Shown here piece after piece: positions 1-11,500 of a stretch of DNA of 64,000 nt; within the stretch, counting starts at the first letter, position 1; each line of letters opens with the position of its first letter. The notes beneath the pieces are model-generated. The model made no database searches and was not told where the DNA came from. It saw only the letters and a program-made list of their open reading frames with translations. Origin of the DNA: Ancylonema sp. (Eukaryota); NCBI GenBank assembly GCA_050230475.1, contig JBFLGF010000019.1, forward strand, positions 1 through 64,000. Reading direction: 5' to 3'. A program made the position numbers and the translations under genes.

Positions 1-744
1 CGTTTGTAATGACGTGATCTGTCGATTCAAGAGTTGTCTGAGAGAATTGTGCTTTATTCTTGCATCGATGGCAGAAGAAAGCACTAACAGTTTTGTCCGT
101 TGCTTGGAACCATTGATTCGAGTTATCTCTCAGCGTGTTGAGTTTGTTTTTGTTTTTTTAATAATAAAATTGGCGTCTCAAGTCCGCGATAGATTTGCGT
201 ACCCCTTCACATAGTGTTATTTGGTACTTATCATTTGTAACGTGTATATTGATTCAATGTTCTCAAATGCACATATCACTTGATATTAAGTTGACCTTCT
301 ACTTGCTTACATATTAGCCGGGTCACAGCCACTTATTTTGATATTGACGGGACTCGAATTGATATTGATGGGACAATTTCAAAACTTTGATGTCCTTGAT
401 GGATCCTTGATGGATATTAGTTCCCAACAATGTGGTATCGCAACTATATCATACCATGTGGAGTGTTATCAATTGAGTCTGAAATGAACGCTGTCACTAT
501 CAATGCGTGGATGTGGCGCACAGTATGCCCCTACATTACTGAACTTCTAAGGGAAAATCCGGCATTCGATTCTGAAGGCTCTCAAGGATTCTTATAAAAC
601 ATCGAAGGGAGATACTTCACGACCTACGTTCCTTTACAACCATTGCACATCTCTGCCATGCCTCGATAGGGTGTGAAAGTAGATTGACAAGTTACTACAA
701 GAAGCACAATTTACTTAGCTATATTTGTGAGAGGTCATGAATAT

Positions 745-988
745 GAGACTGCTAGTTATGCGAATTGATACCATACCCGCATACTTGAACCCCGGACGTG
801 CATGTCCGGGAAAGTGTCCGAAGATCCGGTACACGTCCGGGGTCAAGAGGGGGGGGTGGGGGGGAGGAAAAAAAAATAGGCATTATTATGTGACCTTTTT
901 ACGTGGTTTTTGGCAGGGGTGTCCGGACCGGACGTGTCCGGAAATCCCCGGACGCTTCCGGGACCAAATATGCATAGTAGCAATCTCG
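745..988. mobile_element. MITE-like element with clustered CCGGAC/GTCCGG subterminal motifs
   Basis: Imperfect inverted ends (GAGACTGCTAGTTATGCG at ~745 vs TGCATAGTAGCAATCTC at ~972-988). Many CCGGAC/GTCCGG motifs. A similar motif cluster occurs at ~8020-8240. Confidence 0.5.
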
Positions 989-1168
989 AGATAAGCATGC
1001 AAGGGTCCGAGAGGATAACCCAACCCCACGCCGCAAAATGCGTGGGTTGTACACTTATCAAATTCGGCAATACTAGTCTTGAAGCCATTTAGAGTGTCTT
1101 TAAGCCGCAACGAGATAATATTTAATGAAGATCCCAACAAGTATCCAATATTCAAGGGAGCAACGTCA

Positions 1169-2929
1169 CTAAACAACCACCTTAAAACTCCCCAAAGATG
1201 GGTCTTCAGCCCCGCTTATCGAACCCCCAGATTCCACAACGGCCACTAAATGCATAATAACCTCACCACTTATAACCTCCCCCGGGACCAAGGCTGGAAT
1301 CCCAGGCGGATACGGACACAATAATGTTGCGCTCACCCGCCCTTCAGCTTTGTCGACGGCGACCAACTCAGTGGGAGCCCAAAAAGCTTCTCTTGGACTC
1401 ATCCTCAGATGCCGTGTGGACATAGGATTGAAATCTGGCTTCTTGTGTAAGCAAACTGTTCCTTGGTTGTCACACTTAGCGTTTCCTTTAGGGTCTAGAC
1501 TTAACAATTTGTTGTCTTCTTCATCTTTCCTATGGTGGCAATACCTTTTTGAAAGAGATTGGAAAGCGGTTATGAGTGCTTGGGTATGCTCTAGCAAGGT
1601 TCCCATGCTCAACGCAAAAGTGAGGGAGGTGAGAGATGGCAGCTCCGCCACAACACCAAATTCTAGCCTCAAAATGTCATCTACTTGGTACCCTGACAGG
1701 CCCAAATCTATACACCTCACAGTGATTCGGAGGGGGTCTAACCATGCAGAATTCGGTTCACCGGCAGAGGTGTCTTCAAGACTAAATACTTCAATTCCGG
1801 GACGTTCAGATAATGCAAAGCGAGTCTGATGAGCTAGAACAAGTGCCTTGTCCAATGCTACTCTGCCGTCTGGACCGCTCAGTTGGTGGCTGGCAGCATC
1901 AAGGCTGGCTAGGAGCAGGTAGCTTGGGCTGGACGACTGAAGGAGCTGAAGACACTTGGCAATCATTGACGAGCTGACCCTTTCCCCACGAAGGTGGAGC
2001 ATTGCTGATTGCGTTAATGATCCCAGGACTTTATGGGTGGACTGGATGACAACGTCGGCGCCTTGCTCAAGGGCTGTGAGCGGACATGATTCGTGGAATT
2101 TAAAGTGACCGCCGTGGGCCTCGTCCACAATGAGGGCCACGTGTCGGTCGTGACCAACGGAAGCTATTTTGGAGATGTCGCTGCACACTCCATGGTAGGT
2201 TGGGGAGACGATGAGAACCGCCCCTACTTTCCCCACAGCAAGCGCGGAATCTAATACTCTCTCAATATCGGAGGGATCAGCAGCCAACGAGATGTCCCAG
2301 TGAGGATCGTAAGGAGGGACGAAGTAGTGGGGCACTGCACCAGAAAGGATGAGCGCTGACGTGGCACATTGGTGGGCATTTCGAGGAAGAACTAGTGAGG
2401 ATCCTGGGGAGCATGCCGACATTATCGCCGACTGGACTCCCACAGTGCTGCCGTTGACCAGAAAGTAGGTTTGGTCAGCTCCAAATATACGGGCTGCTCG
2501 TTCCTGAGATTCCAGAATGACGCCCTCTGGGGAGAATAGGTTATCAAGTTCGGGCAGTTCGGGCAGGTCATGTTCAAACACGGCACGTCCGAAGGCTGAC
2601 TGCAGCTCTGGTGAAGCTCCCGAACCTTTTTTGTGGCCAGGAAAGTGGAAGGGAGCATCGGAAGAAACAGCACGTGTATGCAGTGCGTCCAGCAATGGAC
2701 TCCGTTCAAGCTCATTTGAAGAAGTCGTCGTTGTTTCAATTGTTACCACGGCCTGCGGGATGGCGGATGACCTGCATATGGCAGATACTCTATTCCGGGA
2801 GGTAGCTACATATTGTTTACCGCGTACACAGGGCGACTTACGACATTCGGAGACCTTCCGGAGCTGGTACGAAGAGGCTATCGACAATTTGGACTGATAA
2901 AAACATGTAAAATTTGGGTGAAAAGACAT
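1169..2929 (-). CDS. PLP-dependent (fold type I) Orn/Lys/Arg decarboxylase, cyanobacterial type, with probable plastid transit peptide; intronless
   Basis: Single long ORF; first in-frame ATG at 2929 (the track start at 2998 is TTG). Motifs FHFPGHK, DLPELPELDNL, FLVNGST, PRNAH, VDEAHG, QSTHK (PLP lysine) and CPYPPGIP. S/R-rich N-terminal extension. Confidence 0.92.
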   Translation of the reverse strand: MSFHPNFTCFYQSKLSIASSYQLRKVSECRKSPCVRGKQYVATSRNRVSAICRSSAIPQAVVTIETTTTSSNELERSPLLDALHTRAVSSDAPFHFPGHKKGSGASPELQSAFGRAVFEHDLPELPELDNLFSPEGVILESQERAARIFGADQTYFLVNGSTVGVQSAIMSACSPGSSLVLPRNAHQCATSALILSGAVPHYFVPPYDPHWDISLAADPSDIERVLDSALAVGKVGAVLIVSPTYHGVCSDISKIASVGHDRHVALIVDEAHGGHFKFHESCPLTALEQGADVVIQSTHKVLGSLTQSAMLHLRGERVSSSMIAKCLQLLQSSSPSYLLLASLDAASHQLSGPDGRVALDKALVLAHQTRFALSERPGIEVFSLEDTSAGEPNSAWLDPLRITVRCIDLGLSGYQVDDILRLEFGVVAELPSLTSLTFALSMGTLLEHTQALITAFQSLSKRYCHHRKDEEDNKLLSLDPKGNAKCDNQGTVCLHKKPDFNPMSTRHLRMSPREAFWAPTELVAVDKAEGRVSATLLCPYPPGIPALVPGEVISGEVIMHLVAVVESGGSISGAEDPSLGSFKVVV

Positions 2930-3737
2930 TGAAGGACTGGAAAGTCTCAGTTCAAACCGAAAAAGGCTAGGGAATTCGAAGAAACTGGGGGTGAACAATA
3001 TCGCACATCCATAAACAGCTGCTGTGTAGATGGTGAAAATAATTTCCGTGCATGCTGTTTATTTTTTTCAGCAGTAGTAGTCAGGGCCGGTGTCATAATT
3101 GCAAGACGCATTAATCTGTACCAGCAGGTTTCGAAGTCATTTGTGGTCAGAGGCATGGCACCGGCAAGCTTCCTATTCGCGCCTGCTGCAGGAAGAGGAG
3201 GCACGCCGCATACAGCGAAATCTCAGATACCGGTGCTTAGACGCGTTATGGTGTAATTTATTCGTTATATGAGCATTGACTTTTTGCCAACTCCTCCGCC
3301 TGCTTTCAATCAGTTGGACGGCCCACCTGTTACCGCCTCCCCGCCGGTTCTAACCAATCTGGGGCCGGCCCGCTGATCTGAGCGGGCCAGCGTCCGGGCT
3401 GGGCATGACGGCGGGACCCATTCCGAGGAACAAGTGGGAAGGAGGGTGAGGGGAAGTCGAAGCGCGGGAGATATAAGTTTGAATTCCCGAGTGATGAGCT
3501 TGGGAGAGTACCGAAATCCACGGCTTTGTGTGTTGTTCACATACGCAACTCATGCAATTGTTATCTGCTATTGAGTTCCAGAGTCTCTTCTGAAATACGT
3601 GCCCTGGAATAAGCAACATGAGGTACCCTCAATGAGGTATAATTTCGTGCATACAGGATAGCTTTGTCGCCTTGAGTGACATCTGTGACCACTCAGCACT
3701 GAACTGCGATAAACAGGCTGGAAAAAAAGAAGCTGCC

Positions 3738-6700
3738 ATGGATGATGGTTACATCGACCTGGAGATGTTCAACGTTGAAGCTGCTTTGTTCGATAATCTT
3801 CGTCTGCTCGGATTTGATGACAAGAAGTATCAGCTGCAATTGACTGCTGGAATGTTCTCGAGAGCAAACTATGCCGCAGGAGACGCTCTGTTCTACTTTA
3901 TAGTCTCGAAGTTAAGGCCCAGCCAATATGAGGCGGTAAGCTAGTCGCCCGCGAGGTTCAACTGCCTTGAATTATCTCGACCAAGCTACACCATTTTTTA
4001 TGCTACTCAAATAAATGTCTGTGTCGAGTAATATGGTCCGTTGTTACTTGAGCAAGCAGTAAAAAATATATGTGTTCATTTTGAATGTGTAGACATTCAA
4101 AATGAACACATATATTTTTTACAGTGTTCTGTTTAGAGATTCTATATTATTCATTATTATTTTTATTTTATTTATGTACTTCTTCTATTTTTCCATTTTG
4201 TACCTTTCTGTGATCTTATTTCGAATAGGATTTTCAAGGACTGTGGCCAAACAGTGGAAAGGCGATTGCAGCAGCGTTTCGGAAGGTACTTGCTCTCCTT
4301 GTTGTCCCAGCTAGCTAACAGCATTGGGAGAATCACCTGCTAGACACACAGGTTTAGTCTCTTTGTGAGAAAGTCTGACGAACAAAGAGACTTACAGGTC
4401 ACGCACCCCGGGGTCGGCACAAATTTGTAAATGAAATTGCTTTTGCACTTTGCATCTGCTGTTCAACTTTTTCTTCTTCTGAAGTGGTTATTCTGAGGTC
4501 TCTAAATACATGAGGCATGAAGAAGAGAACAACTTATGTTCTGTTAGGGCGCCCAAGAACATCTGATGTCCTGCCTGATTCACGAGCATCAACATCCTAA
4601 AAGGTTGACTCATTCATTCTCCGCTCAATCCCTCGCTGCTTGGATATCTCATTGTATCGCAGATCTGCCACGGGTTTGTCTTTGACTTAGAGAATGCGGG
4701 CGCCATTGCCAAGAGTAACTCCTCGCGCTCTGCCTTGGCGAATTCTCAAGGTGACAGGTATATTCTTGCTCTAGGAAGTGCAAAAGACAGACCTGATCGT
4801 GTCAAATGTCTCTATGAAGTTGCACGAATCCCTGTGTGTGAACGTGACTGTTTTTGCACATCTTTGAGGAAAACGTGATCACCAGCACCGATTTCCATGC
4901 AGATTTGTGCGGGTTCTGTGGCAGCTGTCCGCCCATACCTTGGCCATGAACTGCGCAAAGCTGCCACAAACGCCTCCTCTGACATGTGCGATGCATGAGA
5001 GTGTGATGCCAGGCGATAAGGTGGATTTGCTTCTGCAGAAGCTGGTAAAATATATTTTCTTCCCCATGTTGCCCTTGCCCAGGAAGTGGGTATTATTGAG
5101 ATGGATATTAGAGTGGCATGACAAAGCACAAACTGTGTGCATACTAGCATGTGCTTCAAATGCCAAACATTTTCAAAATTTGAATGTTAAGTGCTGGCCT
5201 GTGGTGGTAAACACTACTTGAGTTGTACTTGTGAGTTCTCCCTCCATTGCCAGGACCGAGTTGCAGAGGAGAGGAGCAAGCTGCTAAACACGGCAGCAGT
5301 AGCTGTCCGTCAACAAAAGCAGTGGCAAGGGCTGGCAGACAAAATTATGGAGGAGCATCAAGCTTTGCAGGACAGAAGGGTACAGCCCACGCGTCACTCC
5401 CTTGCTGTGCCACACATGCTGTGTTGTAGTCAGCTGAGATTTCATCGGTCTCTGCTTGCAGACAAGTCTGACGAGACGGATAAAAAATTTGGAAGACGAA
5501 GCTGAGCTGGCAAAACAGAGAAACGCCACACCGTTAAATGACCGGGTAACAGATGCCAAGGCAGCTTGGGATTGCCTGATGGATTATGCAGGTACAGCCA
5601 GCCGTTGCAGCCTGGGACTAATTTTATGCTGGTCCATTTGTTGATTGGATCAAAGAGAAGGGGTGCCACTCACAATGCCTTGAAGATTCATCAGTGCACT
5701 TATCCTCGGAAAAAAAACTCAGTATCTATTCTTTGTTGTGTACCCGGCTGCAGAAGAATGTGCAACCATGTCCTCTGGACCTGTGAGGGACGTAATCGCG
5801 GGCATAGCTCATAGGTACTTCACAATCGCATTCAAAATGTAGTCTTTCTTTCCATCGTTGATATATATCTCTCTTCTCTGCCGTCGTTGCTTATCAGAAC
5901 CACGTCGTACGTTCTTCGAATCCTTGCCTCTTCCCTCTCCATGTCTCATGTGTGAGACCGTAATACCTTAATGGTGCAGGTACGGGATCACAGAGGACTC
6001 GCTCACAGCTGCCGCAGATGGTGACCTGTATGGAAGCACCTCGGCCCTAAGTTTACCGCCCAGTTCGGCGTCAGGAGGACACGGTGCACCGTTGATGACA
6101 CCAGGAGATGTTGCGAGGGAGAAGAAAGGAAGAGATTCACAACGCGACCAGGCAGCGTCCATAGATCTATCTGAGATAGTGCACCAGTGTGCCTCTTCGG
6201 TTCAGACCATCAAATCCCATCTTCAGGGACTGGTGAGTAGTCCTTGTCCAGCAAGGCTGTCCATAGATATAGTTCACGGTGTGATCTGTAGCACTTAGTT
6301 GAACACTCTGCACATCCGTGGCGAGACCGACTCCTGATTTTTTTGTGAGGTTGCAAAGTGCAGGCCCGAACCGCTGCTCAGGAGAACTCCCATCTTTTAA
6401 CTCCAAAAAGCAATCCTCACATCGTACAAATACGATCTGTGCTTGCCTTGCACAAGACACACCTCGCAGCTGGTCAGGTACAGGGAAGCAAGGCAATGAT
6501 CTCGGTTGACACCATTAAGAATGAGCAGGGAAGCCTGACATTCTCTTGCTAATGCTGATTGTGTCGCTGTTGAAACCGGTGACAGAAACTAGAAGCGCAA
6601 CTGAGGGAGCAGATCCCACTCGTGGAGCAGTCTGCAAACCGGCTGCTGCATCAAATCGATGCCTTGGAAGGAACTACAGAGCCCACGGTGATTCAATGCC

Positions 6701-7597
6701 CCCGCACACCAAACTCCCATTTCTCCTTTGTTGTCTCTTGTTTATGTTTTTTTCTTTTTTTCCCGTTTCTGAAAGTGCCTCAAGAGCCATCACACGTGCG
6801 GACTCATTGACGATTGTGTGTGGACAATCACTCTGTCAGGAGAATGGCAGCGCTGAACCCCATGGGGACGAAGACAAGTGGGGTGTAGAAGAGGAGAGTC
6901 CACTGGGGCTTGTGCCACCAACGCCAGAAGTGAAGCTGGCCAACGTGGCTCAACCTCTACAGCCTGCATTCAACACTCCGACCAAAAGCGATACTGCGCT
7001 GCCATTCCTCACCCCGGTCAAAGGCATTCGCAATGTATCGAAAACAGGCCCAGAGAACCTCTGGCCTCAAATATTCGGCGGTGATAGAGGAGGTATGTCT
7101 TCATGGGTGTCAACTAGTGATTGGAAGATAAGCTATACGATCAAGCTGAGATCTGCACGTTTAAATCATAAATGGCCCTTCACATTCCGGGACAGCGTCT
7201 CCAAACCGCGTGGGAAAAAAGCAGAAAAATCAAGAGAGATAAAAAAACGGGTGTGTTTCGACACATGGTCTGCAGTCCAGCTTTGGTTTGGATGCTGGTC
7301 TCTACTCCTGTACCTTCAGTATCTTTAGTCAAGTAATGGACATATGCAACAAAGCTAGAAGTCCGTTCTGATTGTGCTCTGAAACACAATCCTGTGTCCT
7401 CTCAGTTTTCAAGTGGTCCATGTGAACAGTTTTGTCACTCAATGTCGTTTGGTCTTTCCAAAGCAATGGATTGAATGTGATGCGAGTGTGGGGATGCAGA
7501 TGCCATCAGTGTGGAGGAGCGACTCGCCATCATGCAGAAGGATGTTTGGAAGGAGGTGGAGTACCAAACGTATATGACAATGTCGCCTCTTAAGTAG
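3738..7597 (+). CDS. AUG6: Augmin/HAUS complex subunit 6 (multi-exon)
   Basis: GT-AG exons 3738-3935, 4229-4285, 4663-4757, 4903-5044 and 5254-5379 give LFDNLRLLGF..MFSRANYAAGDALFYFI..DFQGLWP..FRK..LENAGAIAKSNS..RFVRVLWQLSAH, matching the plant AUG6/HAUS6 N-terminal domain. Later exons run to a phase-compatible last exon 7500-7597; the 3' structure is less certain. Confidence 0.85.
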
Positions 7598-8019
7598 CAT
7601 GTAGGCTGCCCGCAGTCTTCGTTCCTCTAGTGGCACGCCAGGGGAACACGAAGACATGGGTGGAGGTAGCTCAGTATAGGTGTAGGGTGTTACTCTTTTG
7701 CAAAAGATAATGAAGGTGTTGTTCAATGTGGGACTCGTACAAATTACGGAATTGTGATAAATCAGTATGACAACAAAGGTCTGAATCAGAATGACATCAG
7801 GTAAGGTAGAAGGTTAATCACTGTGAGCAACGAAGTTATGGATAGTGGTGCTATGCAAGGACTTGACGTTTTCATTCATTTACATATGCAAAATTTGTTT
7901 GAGTGCTGACAATGGGTGAGCCCCATGAAGAATCTTGAAGCTCCATAGCGATTGAATCCAGAGCCTGGACCGGTGTATGGCTTTGTTCGGCGAAGTGATT
8001 AGAAAGGAACTGAGAATAG

Positions 8020-8240
8020 TTGGCCTCGGACATGTCCGGGGATCTCCGGACACATCCGTGACACGGCCGAGACACGTCCCGTCCCTGAAACGCCTGCCCA
8101 AAAAACTGCTCTGAAAACGCGAAGTCCAACGCGTGTGAGTATTTATTTATTTTGTTGGCCCAACCAATGTCCAGGTTCTCTGGACATGTCTGGGACAAGA
8201 GGTGTCCGGGAGCAACGCCGGACACGCCCGGACAAGCTTG
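8020..8240. mobile_element. MITE-like CCGGAC/GTCCGG motif cluster, related to 745-988
   Basis: Repeated GGACATGTCC, CCGGACAC and GTGTCCGG motifs around an AT-rich core. Termini not resolved. Confidence 0.45.
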
Positions 8241-8576
8241 TCGAGGACCCAGCTATGGTAAAGTACACTGCCCATTCAGCACAAAAGGAAGTGCAAGACA
8301 TCCGACACTAAAAGTTGGAGGTGTGCACACAAATGCCTCGCTCTGAAAGCTCTGATTGGCCCTCCACCACCAACCAAGACAATCAACACAAGTGGTTGCT
8401 AAGTTCGTGTCATCTGCCTCCGGTATGATTGCTATTAGTTTTCATTTTCTAAACAAGTACGGAGTTCAGCTAGCAACGCCGAGCACACTTGTCCAACCAT
8501 TCTCCCATTATTTATTGGCCCTCCTGTATGTTACTCGCTATTCCATCACCCGCACCCTGCCGCTTCCTCCTTCCCC

Positions 8577-11500
8577 TCAGCTCTCTTCACCGCTACGCGG
8601 AGGGAAAGCTTCAATCTGTTGCACCAGATTCGCCACCACCTCTTTCGAAATGGTGTCCTTGAGTGGCATCGCCTTCCCCTCCGCCCACACCGACCACAGC
8701 GCATCCTCCCCCTTACCCCTTGGAGGCAGCAACTGCTCAAGGGGGAACAAATCCTCCCTCCCCAACCCCTCCCCCTCCCGCTCCCCATCGCTTTGCCCAA
8801 CCCCCACTTCCCCTATCAGATCCCCTTCCTTCTTCCTTCCCCGCTCCTCTGTTACCTGTCCTTCTCCTGTCATAAGATCCATTAACATGATCCAGACCGC
8901 ATCCCTGTCAACATTCCGAGCCACGGCCAGGACGGCCTCCTGAGCCGCCACCTGGACAGCTGGAGGGTGGTCATTGGCCAGGAGAGGGACCACAACCGCG
9001 GTAGCTGCCTTGCCGACTGCCCCCAAGGCGCCAGCTGTCGTCCTGTCAGCAGCCAGCGCCGCCAGACACCTCAGCGCAGCCGTCCGTAATTTGTGCAGCC
9101 TGGCGGGGGATTGGTCCACATCTAATCTCGCAGCCTCCACCAATCCCCCCCTGGTCGGGAACACAATCCGTTTCAGGTCCTTATCCTCGTCCCCCCTCCC
9201 TCCCGGGGGTTCCTTCAAACTCAGCCTCGGCATCCCCAACTGCTGACGTGGCACGGCGCGCAGTAAGGGATTGCCACCTGGCCGCAGGTGATGTGGCAGT
9301 TCCGCAGGCAGCCCCTCCCTCATGAGCCTCACGAGGAGGGGCCAGGTGTCGTCTCGAACTCTTCGCGCCACAAACCGCCCGCCGCTGTGACGAGATACGG
9401 TGACTGTCACTTCCAACGCACGAAGCACGACCTGGGGGCGAAGAAATCATGAAACATGGTCATTACAAGACAACGTCTGAAAACATGAAAATAAAAATAA
9501 AAATAAAAATAAAAATAAAAATAAAAATAAAAATAAAAATAGACATTAGAAAGTAGTGATGGGTCTGGGTTGCAGCCAGTGCTGGGTTTTGAGGTATGAG
9601 CCCCACTCCTTCCCCATAAGAAGAAGAGGTGAGACGACTTACCGCCAGCTGTCTCGACTTGGCCGCCTCCACCACGTGCGGCCACACCATGTGGACACGT
9701 GGCAGAAGGCGGTCCAGCTGGCTCTCCGCAGTATCTTCCTCTGCTGCCTCCCCCTCCTCTTCCCCCCTCCCTCTGCTTTCTCTCACAGCCATGGCTGCCT
9801 CCACCTCCTGACGCTCAGATGTGCGACAAAGGTCCAGAAAATGGAGCGCTCCTATGGACGCCTGACAACTCAAACCCACCAAAAGTAATAATAAGCTCAA
9901 TAAAAAGTGTCAGGGCAGCAACCCTTTCCTCCTTCTCCCTCCCTCCCCCCTTCCCTCTCCCCCTCTGTACCTCACACGTGTCCATTGCCAATATCGCCGT
10001 CTGAATGTCTTTTGAAGCGCATAGCGGAGCCGCAGCTCCACAGCATCGGCTGGCCACAGAATGGAGAGACTTTTGGACACCAACGCGATCTTCTCGCTCG
10101 CGTGACGCCGCCTCTAAGTCAAACACGTCATCACACCCAACGAGTACGGATCTACGACTCTCTTCCCCTTCTCCACTCCCTTCTGATGCTCTCCCTTCCT
10201 CACCCCTCTCCCCCTCCCCCCTTCCTTCCTCCTCCTCCTCCTCCTCCTTCTCCTTCCCCTCTTCCTCCTCCTCTTCCTCCTCCCCCCCCCCCATCCTGCC
10301 CCCCTCAGTGCCTGCCATCGCCCACTCCCTGAATGGTGAGGAAAGATCTGGGCGCACTATGGGGGGCCAACAGGGTCGTTTTGGGTTTTAGCCTCCAAGA
10401 CGGACTGCCACGAGTTTTCAAGAAACCAACCCCTCTATTCAAATACGGTATTAGTGACCTACCCTGTTTCAGAGATTGGTTGCAAGAGCATTTGACCCCC
10501 CCTCCCCCTCCCTACCTTCCCGCCCCTTCTCCGCCCTCCACCCTGCCATGGCCCTCTCCTTGGCAGCTTTGGCTGCGAGAAGAGCTGCAGAGGATGAGGA
10601 TTGGGCGGCCAGAGACAACTCCTTGAGGGACTAAAAGGAAAAGGAAATAGAAAGGGTGAGATACCCCCCCCCCCCGTACAACAATAAGTACAAAGATGCA
10701 TTGAATCAAAGGTGGAAGAAGGAGAGGGATGGAGGCGAGGGGAAGGAGGGGGGGATAGATAACCCCCCAAAAATCCCAAAAAACCCAAAAAAAAACACAG
10801 GAAAAAAAAAAAAAAAAAAAAAAAAACGGCATCGTCATCCTCTGCTCCTCTAGTTTCCTTACTGCCACAAAAGTCGCGGTGTGCTCTGGATGCCGTCTCC
10901 GCGCCGTCACCTCAAGGCCACGCAGCACACCACCCAACTGAAACAAAACCCGGACCCCAACCCCCAACCCCCAACTCACACCCTCCCCCGGATCAGGCCC
11001 CAGCCCCACCCCACCCCCACCCAGCCCCCCCCCCCCCCCCCTCCCTACCGCCTCCTGCATGATGGGCATGAGGTGGTGGGTGACCTCCACCCTCCGTAGC
11101 ACGGCAACAAACAGGGCGGGGGTGCGAGGATGGAGGGACAGGTGGCGTAACCCGCGACAAAGAATCTCAATCACGTAGTCCACGTTGGCCACCACGAGCG
11201 CACCCACCTGCCAGGGGGAAGGAACAGAGAGGAAGACACGTGGCAAACGTGGCAAAAGTGGCAAAAGTGGTAAGTGCCGCAAGCGTGCCAAGGCAATCAG
11301 ACCCCTCTATGGGATCCCTACGAAAGAAGACAGAAAAAACGTTTCTTATGACGAATGTTTCTTATATCCTTACGTCACATTTTGAGTGTGGAAGCTCAGA
11401 TAAGAATCGAAAACTAGGCTTCTTGCAGCGAACAGTTTCTTGTAACGAAGTCTTTTGGGTATGAGGGTATGAGGGTGTGCATCCCTACCGATTCGTGATT

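Noticed and set aside
270..505. Repeated TTGAT/ATCAA motifs suggesting another MITE
   Set aside because: No TIR or TSD could be defined.
1021..1078. Hairpin CAACCCCACGC..GCGTGGGTTG followed by CTAGT, resembling a Helitron 3' end
   Set aside because: The hairpin-to-CTAG spacing (~23 nt) is long, and there is no 5' end or second copy in the window.
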